Shown: one piece after another, positions 13,196 through 28,335 of the stretch
Layout of the letters: every line of letters begins with the position of its first letter
Numbering within the stretch: position 1 is the stretch's first letter
Source: the human T2T-CHM13v2.0 reference genome, Homo sapiens
Reading direction: 5' to 3' (one strand)
DNA length: 64,000 nucleotides
Assembly (NCBI RefSeq): GCF_009914755.1
Contig: NC_060927.1
Translations under genes and position numbers: made by a program
Notes under the pieces: generated by a model
The model's database searches: none
The model's input: only the letters and a program-made list of their open reading frames with translations
Told to the model about the DNA's origin: nothing

Positions 13196-14425
13196 ATTAT
13201 CTTTTCCAGCTTTTTAGAGGTATAATTAACAAATAATTATATAAATTTAAGGTGTAAAATGTGATGTTTTGAAATGTATATACATTATGAAATGATTACC
13301 ACCAGAAAGCCAATTAACACATCCTTCACCTCACATTGTTAACTCCATGTGTGTATGATGAGAATACTTGACATCTATTATCTTTGTAAATTCCAAGTAC
13401 ACATTATTAACTAAAGGCACCATGCTATATATTAGGTCTCCAGAACTTATTTTATGACCAAAAGTTTGTTCCCTTTGAATAACATCTTCCCATTCTACCA
13501 CCCCCACCTCCAACCCAAAACCCCCAGCCCCTTATATTCACCCTTCTACTCTCTGTTTCTATTAAGATGACTTTTTTAGACTCCACATATAAGTGATTTC
13601 AGGTGGTATTTGTCTTTCTGTGTCTGGCTTTTTTCACTTAGCATAACATCTTCCAGCTTCATTCATATAATCCCAAGTGGTAGGATTTTCTTCTTTTTGA
13701 AGGCTGCAGAATATTCCATTGTGTGTATATACCATTTTTTCTTTATCCACTTATCCACTGATGAACACTTAGATTGATTCCACACCTTGGCCACTGTGAA
13801 TAATGCTGCAATGAACATGGGAGTGAAATCATCTCTTAACATACTGATTTCATATCCTTTTGATATGTACCCCATAGTGGGATTGCTTAGATCATATATA
13901 TGGTGTTTCTATTTTTAGTTTTTTGAAGGACCTCCATGATACTTTCCATAATGGCTGTATTAATTTACATTCCCACCAACATGTATAAGCGTTCCCTTTT
14001 CTCCTCATCCTCACCAACACTTATTTTTCATTGCACTGATAATAGCCATCCTTACATATGTCAGCTGATATCTCATTGTGATTTTAATTTGTACTTCAAT
14101 GATAATTAGTGATGTTGAGTAGCTTTTCATATGCCTACTGGTCCTCTGTATGTTTTCATTAGAAAAATTTCTTTTGGAGTCATTTGCACATTATTTAATT
14201 GGGTTTTTTAGGTATTTGCTGTTGAGTTGTATGAGTTTCCTACATATTTTGATGAACCTTTATGAGATAAATTATTTGAAAATATTTCATCCCATTCCAT
14301 AGACTGCCTTTTCATTTTCTTAAGTTGTTTCTTTTATTGGGCAGAAAATTTTTAGTTTGATATAGTTTCATTGGTTTTAGTTTTGTTGCTTGTGCTTTTG
14401 GTGTCATGTCCAAAAAATCATTATT
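13196..14425 (-). mobile_element. L1MA (L1MA8-10-like) 3' end, 5'-truncated
   Basis: L1 3'UTR in antisense. The ORF2 C-terminal peptide FTPMFIAALFTVAKVWNQSKCSSVDKWIKKKWYIHTMEY is in ORF 13663-13875. Confidence 0.9.
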
Positions 14426-15755
14426 TTAAATGGCTTAAATTAAGTGAAAAATATTTTACTCAATAATACAGAAAATATTATTTATTCTGAAATAAAGTAT
14501 TTAAAAGTGAAATGAATTAATGCAGAAAATAGTTTCATTTTTCATAACATGTTGAAATCTTAAATATAGAAATCACTATCTGGCATTTCCACTTTACTAA
14601 ATTTTCCTCTACATTTTCAATTGATGCTTCTGAAAGACACTTTTGATAATACAAGTCCCTCTAGTGGCATCTGATATGAACATTGTAATACATATAAAAA
14701 GTGTTTTTTTTTTAGTGCTTAGAAAACATGTTAAGACAGTTACAAATTTATTAAATTTAGAAATGATAGTACCATCAGTCATTAATTTGTTGTAATATTT
14801 ATTCACTATGATATGTAACATATATTTATTGTCTTAAATTAATTTTAAAATTGATAAATAAGAATATTGCATTTTCTTACTTAAAAGGGATAGTTCGATA
14901 GAGGGAAATGTACTTATTGAGCACCTAGTCTGTGCTATGTGCTATATCTATTAACTCATTAAATTTGATCAACAACCAGGTTATAGAGCAGATTTTGTCA
15001 CTTCCACTTTAAAGAAAATAAAACTCAGAAAACAATAAAACTCTATAAGTCATCTGTCTAATTAGTGACAGAGCAAAGAGCTCATGTGCAGATTTGTCTA
15101 AGCCATTTTTTACTCCACATTTCACTTAAAATATAACTGTTTAAAAATGAAAAGAAAGACTGGCATATAACCAGAAAAATTTGACAGCTAATTCTAAACT
15201 GACAAGTAGAAGGGCAATACTAAGCTGTAAGAAGGTGAATCGTTCAAAAAGAGGTTTTTAAATCTCAGGAATTTTGATGTACCTAAATTAGCTCTCTCTC
15301 ACTCTCTCACACATTTTTCTTCTTAACCAAACTATATCTTACTGAAAGGTAAATGGATAAGTATTTTGTTTCATTTTAAATGAAATTTTGAATTTGATCA
15401 GCTAGTTTACTGTACTTATATTATTCACACTCTGATTTCAGTTGAAATGATATAAGTGATACCTCATGGTAAGCAATATCACTCCATGTCCAGATGCAAA
15501 TACAATATACAAAATTTGTTTAATAGGACATTTCTTATCACAATCTTGATTTTTAGTTTAAGAAGCCAACAAAAAGAAGTATCGTTGCATGGGAGATGTG
15601 AAATACCAATTTTGAAAATTTTCCCCCAATTTTCCTAAAACGAAGTACAAAATATCAAATTGTTTACAATTCTGCTTTATATTTTATTTAAGGTGTAACC
15701 TCTGAATTATTATTTATTATTCACATTACTAGGTCTGAGTAATATTTTAGTATCA

Positions 15756-16103
<348 letters not shown>

Positions 16104-16166
16104 TCACTTATTTTAAAACTATCCTTGTGATGCCAGATCTTTCTCTGTGCTGGGAAGTAAAATCTC

Positions 16167-17054
16167 TGTAAAGCAAAAATAAAATTCTAAACCCTCAATT
16201 CACTAAATGGACCCTCTTATCAGCCAAGGGAGCCCAGCTAAACCTGAGAAAGCACTTCTGACCATGAGGTGAAGGAGGTATCAGACATGCTCATAAACTC
16301 TCCTCCCTTTGGGAGTTTGGGCGCATAACTAACCAGCATTAACTTTAAAACAGAGATCCTACGACTGGTAGAACAGACTCTTTGTAGCAATAAGATACTA
16401 AATTCCAACCTGGCTATAGAATAGCATCAAATGACAGACAGCAGGGCCCTTAAGGAATTCAAAATATTTTACCACAAAATATGTTTCTTTGACATATTTT
16501 AAAATGATTCTGCAAAGTTGACTCTTGTGGGGGAAATTTACATTCTACAGAATCCCTTTCCTTTCCAGGTCTCTTTCTGATCCTGAAAAGATTGGCTGAG
16601 AGTCTAGCACATTTTAAAGTCTTAATAGGAAACATTTGCTATCTATTGCCCCTGGGGGTGACCATCTATGAGACTTCATCAAAATAATAAGAACTTTGGT
16701 CTCCACAACCCCTTATCTTAACCTAGACACTCCTTTCTATTGATTCCAGGTCTTTAGGTAATAACTTAACTTTTTCATCCAATTGCCAACCACAAAAGCT
16801 TTGAATCCACTTAAGACCTCTAAGCCTCTATTTGGAGTTGTCCTGCCTTTCTGGACCAAACCAATGTATACTTCACATGTACTGATTGATGTTTTATGTC
16901 TCGCTAAAACATATAAAAGCAAGCTATAATCCAACCACGTTGGGCACATGTTCTCAGAACCTCCTGAGGCTGTGCCACAGGTTATGATTCATAACCCTGG
17001 CAAAACACAATTCTAAACTGATTGAGACTTGTCTCAGACACTTTTTGGTTTACA
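16167..17054 (+). mobile_element. MER4-family (MER4D-like) ERV1 solo LTR
   Basis: TGTAAAGCAAAAATAAAATTCTAA start and GATTGAGACTTGTCTCAGACACTTTTTGGTTTACA end. TSD tctc/tcac. Confidence 0.85.
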
Positions 17055-18138
17055 TCACAAATAAGATCTGGAGTTAGCTGCCGCTCACAGAAACATTCTC
17101 AGTCTATGGGAATAGGTCTGGGGTACATTGTCCCTGGATGTGGCAGATGTTTAAAGCTGACCATTTTCCTTTTATTTATACGACTACTACATATGAAGTG
17201 TGCTTGATCTGGTATACATCTTCGCTGGCTGTTTGCAAACAATCCCTTTGGACTTTGAGCTGATAACTCCAACTTGTTTCAGCAGTCATTTCTCAGACCA
17301 TCCAGGTGGTCATTTTAAATAAAATCTAAGACAAAATCTGGTTGTTTTTGTCTCCTTAGCCCATATTTGATCTATGGAAAATACTCATAGTTAGCCACTA
17401 AGAGTACAGAAATTTTTCAATCTCAGCCTGGATTGTAATGACTCTGGATGCTTCAGTAAACCTCCCAGCCTAAAGACACAAGGGTATTGTTTCCAACAAG
17501 ATCATCAAATTTCCCCATTTTTGAAGCCAATTCTAATTTGCTTGAAAGAGAGAGAAAGTATACATTCAACAGAATGCAATAATGAAAACCCTTACTATTT
17601 TCTCCTTTTATTCCCCAAACTGCATGTGTTAAAAGCCCTTACTTATATTTGCTGGTAATGGCTAGGGACTATAGAAACTGAATAAGTAAAAACTATCTCT
17701 CTCTAACCTCAGCCCAAGCTAGGGGAAAAAAAGAACATTAGATAAACTTCAAAGATTTTGAATATCATTCGGAGCTTATCATTCACACATATATCTTCTT
17801 AGAAACATTTGTTCAAATGTTTTTTCACATTTTATTATTGTATTGTCTTCTTATTACTGAGTTCTTCATATATTATGAATGCAGTTCCTTTGACATATAC
17901 ATGATTTCAAATATGATTGCAAATATTTTATCTCACTTTTTGATTTGCCTTGACATTTCTTGAGGATGGATTTCAAAGAACAGTGGGTTCTTTGAAGCCT
18001 TTTTTTTTTTTTTTTTTACCATTAGGCTTCCTTTATTTATATTGTTTTCTTCTTCCTTTTCTTTATTCTCTTACTCTCCCTTTCATTTGATTTTTTTCAT
18101 TGAGGGAACTTTTCCCCTGGGAAGATACAATTTATGAT

Positions 18139-20414
18139 TGATATGGTTTGACTGTATCCCAACCCAAATCTCATCTTGAATTGTAGTTCCCATAATTTCC
18201 ATGTGTCATGGGAGAGGATCCTTTGGGAGGTAATTGAATCATGTAGGCAGATACCTCTAGGCTGGTCTCGTGATAGTGAGTGAGTTCTCATGAGATCTGA
18301 TGGTTTCATAAAGGGCTTTTCCTCTCAGCACTTCTCTTTCTTGATGCCATGTGAAGAAGGATGTGTTTTCTTCCCCTCCCACCATGATTGTAAGTTTACT
18401 GAGGCCTCCCCAGACATGCTAAACTGTGAGTCGACTAAACCTCTCTCCTTTAAAAATTACCCAGTCTCAGAAACGTCTTTATTAGCAGCATGAGAATGGA
18501 CTGATACAGTAAATTGGTACCAAGGGAAAGAGGAACTACTATAAGGATACCTGAAAATGTGAAAGTGACTTTGGAACTGAGTAACAGGCAGAGGTTGGAA
18601 CAGTTTGCAGGGTTCGAAAGACAGGAAAATGTGGGAAAGTTTGGAACTTCCTAGAGACTTGTTGAATGGCTTTGACCAAAATGCTGATAGTGACCTGGAC
18701 AATAAAGTCCAGGCTGAGGTGGTCTCAGATGGAGAAGAGGAACTTCTTGGGAACTGGAGCAAAGGTGACTCTTGCTATGCTTTAGCAAAGAGACTGGCAT
18801 TTTGCCCCTGCCTTAGAGATCTGTGGAACTTTGACCTCAAGAGGGATAATTTAGAGTATCAGATGGAAGAAATTTCTAAGTAATAAATCATTCAAGAGGT
18901 GACAGAGCATAAAAAGTTTGGCAAATTTGCAGCGTGACAATGCAGTAGAAAAGAAAAACACATTTTCTGGCTGTAGAAATTTGCATAAGTAATGAGGAGC
19001 CAAATGTTAATCACCAAGACAATGGGGAAAATGTCTCTAGGACATGTCAGAGAACTTCATGGCAGCCCTTCCTATCACAGGCCAGGAAAAATGGTTTCTC
19101 GGACCATGCCCCAGGCCCTCCTGTTCTGTACAACCTTGAGACCTAGTGACCTGAGTCCCAATTGTTTTAGCTCTAGCCATAGCTAAAAGGGGCCAAGGTA
19201 CAGCTCAGGCCATTGCCTCAGAAGGTGCAAGCCCCAAGCCTTGGCATCTTCCATGTGGTGTTGAGCCTGTGAATACACAGAAGTCAATAATTGAGGTTGG
19301 AAAAACTCCACCTACATTTCAGAGGAGTATGGAAATGCCTGACTGTCCAGGCAGAAGTTTGCTATGGGGTTGAGCCCTCATGGAGAGCTGCTGCTAGAGG
19401 AGTGCAGAAGGGAAATGTGGGGTTGGAACCCCCACACAGACTCCCCACTAGGGCACTACTAGTGTAGCTGTGAGAAGAGGGCCACCATCCTCCAGACCCC
19501 AGAATGGTAGATCCACCAACAGCTTGCAGCACGAGCCTTGAAAAGTTGCAGACACTCAACGTGAGCCAATGAAAGCAGTGGGAGGGGAGCTGTACCTCTG
19601 TAGAGGTTCTGCTGTACCCTGCAGAGCCACAGGACTGGAGCTACCCAAGGCCATGGGAGCCTACCTCTTGTATCAGCATTACTTGGATGTGAGACATGGA
19701 GTCAAAGGAGATCATTTTAGAACTTTAAGTTTTAATGACTGCCCTACTGGATTTCAGACTAGCATGGGGCCTGTAACCCCTTTGTTTTGGCCAATTTCTC
19801 CCATTTGGAATAGCTGTATTTACCCAATGTCTGTACCACCATTGTATCTAGAAAGTAACTAACTTGCTGTTGATTTTACAGGCTCGTAGACGGAAGGGAC
19901 TTGCCTTGCCTCAGGTGAGACTTTGGACTTAAGACTTTTGGGTTAATGCTGGAATGAGCTAAGACTTTGAGGGACTATTGGAAAGGCATGATTGTGTTTT
20001 CAAATGTGACGACGTGAGGTTTGAGAGGGCCCAGGGTTAGAATGATACAGTTTGGCTGTGTCCCCACAAATCTCATCTGGAATTGTAGTTCCCATAATCC
20101 CCATGTGTCATGGGAGGGACCCAGTGAGAGGTAACTGAATCATGGGATGTTTACCCCCATGCTGTTCTTACGATAGTGAATCTGTTCTCATGAGATCTGA
20201 TGGTTTTATAAGAAGCTTTCTCCCCTTTGCTCAGCACTTCTCCTTACAGCCACCATGTGAAGAAGGACGTGTTTGCTTCCCCTTCTTCCATGATTGTAAG
20301 TTTCCCGAGGCTTCCCCAGCCATGCAGAACTGTGAGTCAATTAAACTTATTTCCTTCATAAATTACCCAGTCACGGAGGTGTCTTTATTAGCAGTGTGAG
20401 AACAAACTAATACA
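18139..20414 (+). mobile_element. Complete THE1C-like MaLR element (5'LTR 18139-18508, internal region, 3'LTR 20043-20414)
   Basis: Two similar LTRs (TGATA...ATACA) around a THE1-int region, with a perfect 5-bp TSD ATGAT at 18134-18138 and 20415-20419. Inserted into old antisense L1 fragments. Confidence 0.93.
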
Positions 20415-20962
20415 ATGATCAATATCAACTTGTTTCTAATTTTCATTTCAAATTTATTTCAGGGACATCACTTCATAAGTGAGTTTTGTAATGATATCCA
20501 ACTTATCAGTTTTTTTCTCTTTTATACTATTGCTTGTTGTGCCCACAATAAAAATATTTAACTTTTAAAATCATTATGGTGTCCCCAGACATCTAATCTT
20601 TATGATATCTAGAAGTTTTATAGATTTAGATTTTATTTTTACAATTATAACCTTTTGAGTTAATTTTTATATATAAAGGACAAGGTTTATTTATTTTCAT
20701 ATAAGTATTCTCCCATTGTTCAGCACTATTATTTTTGAAAAGAACAAAGCTATCTTTTCTCATTAATTTACCTTGATACCTTTATCAAAATTCAATTGAC
20801 CATGTGGTTATGAGTCTATTTCTGTTCTCTATATTTTGCTCCATTGATCTTTGTCTATATATATATGTCAATATTCCACTCTTTTGATTTATAGTATGTC
20901 TTAAAAATCACTCTTTAAGAAGTGAGCCACTGCCTCTGTCCAAAGCTCCAGAGCAGTGGCAT

Positions 20963-21111
20963 GTATGTTACGATGTGGGAAATTATCCCGAAGCCCAGTA
21001 GGATGAGGATATAGACTTCGGGGTGACCGAAGAATCAAAATAGGTGTTGGTACAGGATAGGGTCTCCCCCTCCAGCTGGATCAAAGAAGGTGGTATTAAG
21101 GTTGCGGTCTG
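20963..21111 (-). pseudogene. MT-CO1: NUMT: nuclear copy of a mitochondrial COX1 fragment
   Basis: In the vertebrate mitochondrial code (TGA=W, ATA=M), the reverse complement of 20963-21109 reads [49 protein letters not shown]. This is the COX1 core including the WFFGHPEVY signature. Confidence 0.95.
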
Positions 21112-22091
21112 AGAAAGGCTAACCATAATAATGGGAGCTTAAATGTCTCCCCAAGGGAACTGACTTTATTTGGAACAAACTGTGGGGGAAATTCAAGCCT
21201 AATGGCACTGTAGAAATCAAAGAATATTGTGGTAGTAACCAATAAAGAAGAGGCTACTAGCTCCGTGAGAGCAACAAGCTATACTGTAGGCCAGCTACGT
21301 TTTAAGAAAGAATCAGAGATTTCTCCCGATGTCAAAACAAACCCCAAAATTTTGTGTTCAGAACTACCCCCAATAAAGTGTCCCATATTTAATTGGATCA
21401 CACTTCAGAAAATTATATGCACCAGGACATTGTTGAAAATGATAAATCAATCAAAACCAATTAATTCACCTAACAGTGAATACCAACTGAGGCAGACAGC
21501 TTAACAGAGAGATCAGAGAAAGGAACAAAGAGAGCACTGCTAAAACCACTGTCATCTCAGTGTGACTTGCTACATACTCAAGGATGGGACTCTATGATAA
21601 GTAATATCAGAAATTTCACACTGAACAAAAAAATACTTCAATGAATATTGCAGCCAAGTTACTAGAAAAAAAGCCATGAAGTAGGGGAATCAGTAACTGG
21701 AGCTGCTAAAATATATTATCTAAAATGTTCATGTTTTAGCAAATTTGTTATGAAATAAGAAAAGACATAGACAAGCATGTGGCTCATATACAGGAAAAAC
21801 ACAGGCAAAACAAACTGCCTGAGAAAGGAAGAAAGATAAAGTTAGGTGACAAAATTTCAAAACAGCTAATAAAATTAAGTTAAAAAATTAAAGAAAACCA
21901 TGCTTACAGAATAAAGGATATGATGACACTGTCTAATTAAATAGAGAATAAACATACGAAACAGACATTTTAAAAAGGAATCAAATTAAAATTCCACCAT
22001 TGAAAAGTAAAAGAATTTAAGTAAAATTTACTAGAAAGGTCAACAATAGATTTGAATTCTAAGAAAAGAATCACCGATGTGCAAAAAGATT

Positions 22092-22875
22092 CGTTACCAG
22101 AGACAGCAGGTGTCCCAGTTCCTGTCTTAACTTGGAAGAAAGATTTCAACCAACAGACAGAACAAAGATAGCTTTATTGAAAGGAAATATAGTGTAAAGT
22201 GCCTATAATAAAAATAAGTATGCCTCAAGGGAGGATCAGGCTGATCCTATAGGAAAACTGCCCCAAGGGTGTCTGCACAAGGAGTTTTATCGTGTTCTTT
22301 AAATTCCTGACTCATCTCAAGTCTCTGCCTTATTTCTTTGTCTAGTTTTTCCAGTTCCTGTCTTAAGTCCCTACTTTTGCCCCCACCTAGGCTTGTGGGA
22401 CCCTCCTTTACTGTTGGTTAATGCACATGCAAGGGCCAGTGATCAAGATGAATTCTACCTGATGGTGACCCTGCTCATTATCGCCACCCCAGGAAGGTTG
22501 TATAGTGGTTAAATCTATACCTATTGCACCTGCAGATCTCTTTAGAATTTCCATCTCTGACTTAATCTGTACTTATGGTGCCAGGTTTTTCTTAGGAATG
22601 TTCCTTTTGTCCTTCTTATCAGCAAAAGCATGTAGCTGGCAATATTCTGACATCTTAACTGCAGAGTGAATGAGGTGTTTTGGGTCATTTCTTTCTGCAT
22701 AGGTACCTCCTCTCCTTCCTACCCACATTTGACTAAGTCCCCACCCACTCCAGCATTAGAGATGCTAGTAATATGCAAATTTTGGGTGGTCCCTTGGGCG
22801 TGAGCCTTCCCAGACTTTTCCTTTCTCAGGGACATTTTTCTCCTGCTCGTGTCTGGCTATCTGCCTACTTGAACA
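22092..22875 (-). mobile_element. LTR48-like ERV1 solo LTR
   Basis: The reverse strand starts TGTTCAAGTAGGCAGATAGCCAGACA. 784 bp long with a perfect 4-bp TSD GATT (22088-22091, 22876-22879). Family name from memory. Confidence 0.75.
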
Positions 22876-24967
22876 GATTGACAGAGATTAAGAAAAGGAA
22901 AAAAAAAAAAAGAATGAAGAAAAATGAACAGAACCATAGAGATATGTAGAAAACCATTAACTGTGCCAACACACCCCTAATGAAAGCATCAGAGGAGAAA
23001 AGAGAGAAAAGTGAGCAGAAAAGAGCTGAAAAAAAATTCAAAGACATAATGACCAATACTTCCTAAATTTTATGAAAATCATTAATGTATATATCCAGGA
23101 AAAACAATGAACTCCAAGTAGAATCAACACCCAAAACTACAAATAGAGCCACATCCAGAAACATTGTAGTAAAAATGTTGGAAGACAAAGAGTAAAACCT
23201 TGAAAGTGGCAAGAGAAAAACAGTTCAATACAGACAAGAGAATCACAATAAGATCAACCGTTGACTTCTTATCACAAATAATGGCAGCCAGAGGCAGTAG
23301 GATGACATGAAAATGCTAGAGGAAAAACAGTCAACTAAAATTCTTACATAGAGCAAAAGTATTTTTCAAAAAATGGAGGTAAAATAAGACATTTAGATCA
23401 ATAAAAGCTTAGACTTTATTACTAGAAAACATTCTTTTCAAGAAACATTAAAGGAAATTCTTCACAAAGTGAGTGATGCCAGACAGAATTTGAATCCACA
23501 TACCAAATAACAAAGAACACCTCTAAAAGTAATTATGTAATTATATAGGTGATATTAATGCATATTTCTTCTCCTTTCTTCACTCTATTGATTTAAAGTG
23601 CAATTATATAAATCATTATGAGCATTTTTGGGCCTATAACACATAGAAATGTGATAAATTTTACAATAATAACACAAAGGAGGCAGGTGAAAGTAAAGCT
23701 ATAACAGGGTGAGGAAATGATATCAGATTATAATTTGAATGCACAGGAACAAATGAAGAGACCCAGAATAAGACTAGTAAATTAACAAATTCTATAAATA
23801 AATATTTTTTATCCTATTATCCTCAGCTATTTTTTAAAATGGTACAATGTAATAGTTATAGCAATGTATTATGGATTTTTAACATACATGGGTATAATAT
23901 TTATAAAATAATAGCATATTTATAAAATAATAGCATAAAACGTATAAAAGGAAGAAGTATATATGACAATAATGATTCTGTATTTAATTGAATTAAGTTA
24001 TAAATCTAGTAGATTCTAGTAAGTTAATACATATATTGTAAGCTCTACAGTAACAACTAAAGAAAACTTTAAAACATTTCAAAAAATTATTAAGAAATAC
24101 AAATGTTACACCAGAATACATTCAATTCATGCCAAAGAAGGCAGTAAAAGAACAACAGAGAAACAAAAAAAGACATAAGATATACAGAAATCATTAAGTA
24201 AAATAAATGTTTGATGTAAAGCCAACAATATCAATAACTTTAAATGTGAAGGAATTAAACAATCCAATAAAATTCAGAGATTGTCAAACTGGATTATAAA
24301 AAGAAAGTTCCAACTAATGCTGTCTACAAGAGAGACATTTTAGATTTAAAGCTAAAAATAGTTGTAAGTAAAAAGTTGGGAAAGATGTATCATGCAAACA
24401 ATAATCACAACAAAGCCAAAATGGCTATACTAATATCAGACAAAATAGACTTTAAGTCAAAAAGTGTCACTAGAAATAAAAAAAAAATGACATCTCACAA
24501 TGTCAACAGTATCAATCTATCAGGAATCCATAACAATGATAAACATATATGTACCTAATAACAGAGCCCCAAAATACATGAAGCAAGAATCAAAAACTGA
24601 CAGTAATGTAGGAGGATATAGATGATCCAACAATGACTGTTGGAGACTCCAGTGCCCCACTTTAAATAATGAACAGTAAAACTGCATCTGGTCAAGAAGA
24701 AAATAGAATATTTGAAAAACTCTATAAGCTAACTAGACCTAACAGACATCTAATAACAACCAAAGCTGACTACATATTATTCTCAAGTAAAAAGAACATT
24801 TTCCAGGCTAGACAATATTCTAGGCCATAAAATATGCCTCAATAAGTGTAAAAGAATTGAAGGCACATAAAATATGCTGTCTAACCACAATGTGGCTAAG
24901 TAAAAAAAAAATCAATAACAGACAAGTATTTGAGAAATTTTAAATATCTCAAAATTAAACACACTCA

Positions 24968-25407
<440 letters not shown>

Positions 25408-27877
25408 TTAGAGAGGAAAATTACAGCTGAAACACTTCTATTAAATAAGAACAACAAAAAATTTTCCATTAAACGCACTGAAAAAATAAGAGCAAACTAA
25501 ATCTGAAACAATAAGGTAGAAGGAAATTATAAAAATTAGAGCAGATATTAATGAAATCGAGAATAGAAAACTGCATATAAAAAGTATAAAAACAAAAGTT
25601 TGTTATTTTCAAAGATCAACATAATTAACAAATCTTTATCTAGATTGGGCAAGAAAAAAGAAATAATATTGAAATTTTTAAGGCAGGGATGGACATTGGG
25701 ATCAAGCTTATAGAAATGCAATACATGATAAGGAAATAATATAAACTACTGTATGCCAACAAATTAATTATCATAGATGAAATGAGCAAGTTACTAGAAA
25801 GACACAAACTACATAAACTGACACAGAAAGAAATAAACAATCTGAATAGGCTATAATAAAAGAAGGGTTAAAATAAGTAGCTTAATAGGCTATATCAAAA
25901 GAAGAGATGAAATAAATGACTTTAAAACTTCCCAGGAAGAGAAGCCCAAGTACAGATGACTTTGCTGGTGAACTCTACCAAACATTTAAAGAAGAATTAA
26001 AAACATTTCTGAAATGAAATCATCAAGATTTTGGAATAGAAGATTCTCTGGCATCATTTTCCCCACAAAAACACAACTAGAAATGATTCAACGACAAGAA
26101 TACTACTCTGAATTCAGATGAACCCAGGAGAGTAATGGAGAAATCTTCTGGGCTCAGAATCAAGAGAAGCAATGACCCTTAAGAGAAACTGTACTTTCAG
26201 GCTGTGTTACTTCCTCCCTCAAGTTGGCATATGCCATTAACAGAATTTCGCTAGATCTATTGTTTCTGAGGTGAAACGAGAGAATTGGAGGTGGAGGTTT
26301 ATCTTCCTACTAGTATGAGAATTTTCACAGGAATACCACACTAGTTGCATCCCATGGGAATCATTGGAAGCGATAGAAGGGCTGAACTACCTGAAGTATA
26401 TTGGGGACACGGTGACTGGCATGTGGATCTTGGCAGCTGCTCTGCACTTCAATCAGCAGGGACACCATGTGGAAGAGACCACAGGAAAGCTCAAATCCCT
26501 GGCCAAATTTTCCACAAAACCCAAGGGTTTGTATGGAGTGTTCCTTTGGTCTGCAGAAAACTAAATAGTTGGGATAAAGTTCAAGTGCCCACTTAAGTCT
26601 TCCTCAGACCAGAAAACAATCCGAAGGGCAGTAATTTAGTTTTAATACGGCATTTATTTTCCAGTGTTCATTATAAGTCTTTTGGATGCTGGAGAAAAAA
26701 ATGGCAGGGCAGTGATGTAGCTCCAGAGCAGTGTTGAAGTTCCAAAATTCACTGTAAGTGATGGGGAAACAATGGCAAGGCAGATGAGGAAACAATGACA
26801 AGACAATTAGCTCTAGTGCAGGGTTTTACCTCCAGAACTCATTCTAAGTGTCCCCCACTTCACCCCCTGAATGAGCTATGACAACAGGCTAGCATTTAAG
26901 TTGCAACACTAAGTAATAAAGTTCTAGGATGACCAAAAAATGCCTACAAAACCTGAAAGATGTGGCTGTTTTCTCAAATGTAGTGGCATAAATGTAAAAA
27001 CACAAGGATTGTGAAAACTCTGGAAAATATGACACCACCAATAGAAATTGATAAAACTCCAGCAATAGGCCCAGAAGAGTTGAAGACCCATACAATTTCT
27101 GACAGAGTTCAGAGTAATTCTCTTTTAAAAATTCAGAGAAACACAAGAAAATACAAATAAAAATCTAAAAATGTGGAGAATAACCCAGGAACAAAATGAC
27201 AAATTTGATAAATAACTGAATTTTTTAAAGACATAAATTGCATTAATAAACAATGCAATTACCAAACTGAACAAAACTCATTAGAAAACTTTGACAGAAG
27301 ACATAATCAAACAGAGAAAAGAAATAGCCAGCTTGAAAACAGAACAAATGAAATTAACCAATCAGAGGATCAAAAAGAAAAAAGAATTAAAAAGGATGAA
27401 AAAGATCTGTAAGAATTACGGAACACCATCAAGCAAACTAACCTCAGCATAATAGAGATCCCCAAAGGAGACAAGAGAGTAAAAGACCTAGAGAGCATAT
27501 TTTAAAAAATTATGTTGGATAATTTCTAAAAACTGGAGAAAGATAACAGCATCCAGATACAGGAAGCTCAGAGATCACCAATCAAATTCAACTCAAAGAG
27601 GGATTTTCTAAAGCGTATCATAATTCAATTAGCAAAAATCAAAGACAAAAAAGAATACTTAAAGCAGAGAGAGAAAGAAACATAACACATTCAAAAGAGC
27701 CTCAAGATGGCTTTCAGCAGATTTCTCAGCAGAAACATTGCACGTTAGGATGCTATGTTCAAAATGCTGAAGAAAAAAAAAAGCTGTCTACCAAAAATAC
27801 TGTATCTAGCAAAGTTTTCTTTCAAACAGGAGAGACGAAGACTTGTTCAAATTTTTTTTTTTAATGAGGGAAAACAT

Positions 27878-28335
27878 TGTGAACCCAGAAAATCTGAGAC
27901 AAGTCTCAGTTAATTTAGAAAGTTTGTTTTACCAAGGTTGAGGACATGCCTGTGACACAGCCACAGGAAGTCCTGATGACATGTGCCCAAGGTGGTCAGG
28001 GCACAACTTGGTTTTGTATATTTTAGGGAGACATGCGACATTAATCAATATATGGAAGAAGTACATTGGTTGGGTCTGGAAAGGTAGCACAACTTGAATC
28101 AAAGGCAGGAAGACTCGAAGTGGGAGGGAGCTTCCAGGTCACAGATTGGTGAGATACAAACAGTTGCATTCTTTTGAGTTTCCGGTTAGTCTTTCCAAGG
28201 AGGCAATCAGATATGCATCTATCCCAGTGAGCAGAGGGATAAATTTGAATAGAATGGAAGGCAGGTTTGCCTTAAGCAGTTTCCAACTTGAGTTTTTCTC
28301 AGTGATTTTGGGCCCCAAGATATTTTCCTTTCACA
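27878..28335 (-). mobile_element. MER4A1-like ERV1 solo LTR
   Basis: TGTGAACCCAGAAAATCTGAGACAAGTCTC...TTTTCCTTTCACA with a perfect TSD ACAT at 27874-27877 and 28336-28339. Confidence 0.88.

Noticed and set aside
23897-23937. 19-bp perfect tandem duplication
   Set aside because: Ordinary slippage within an L1.
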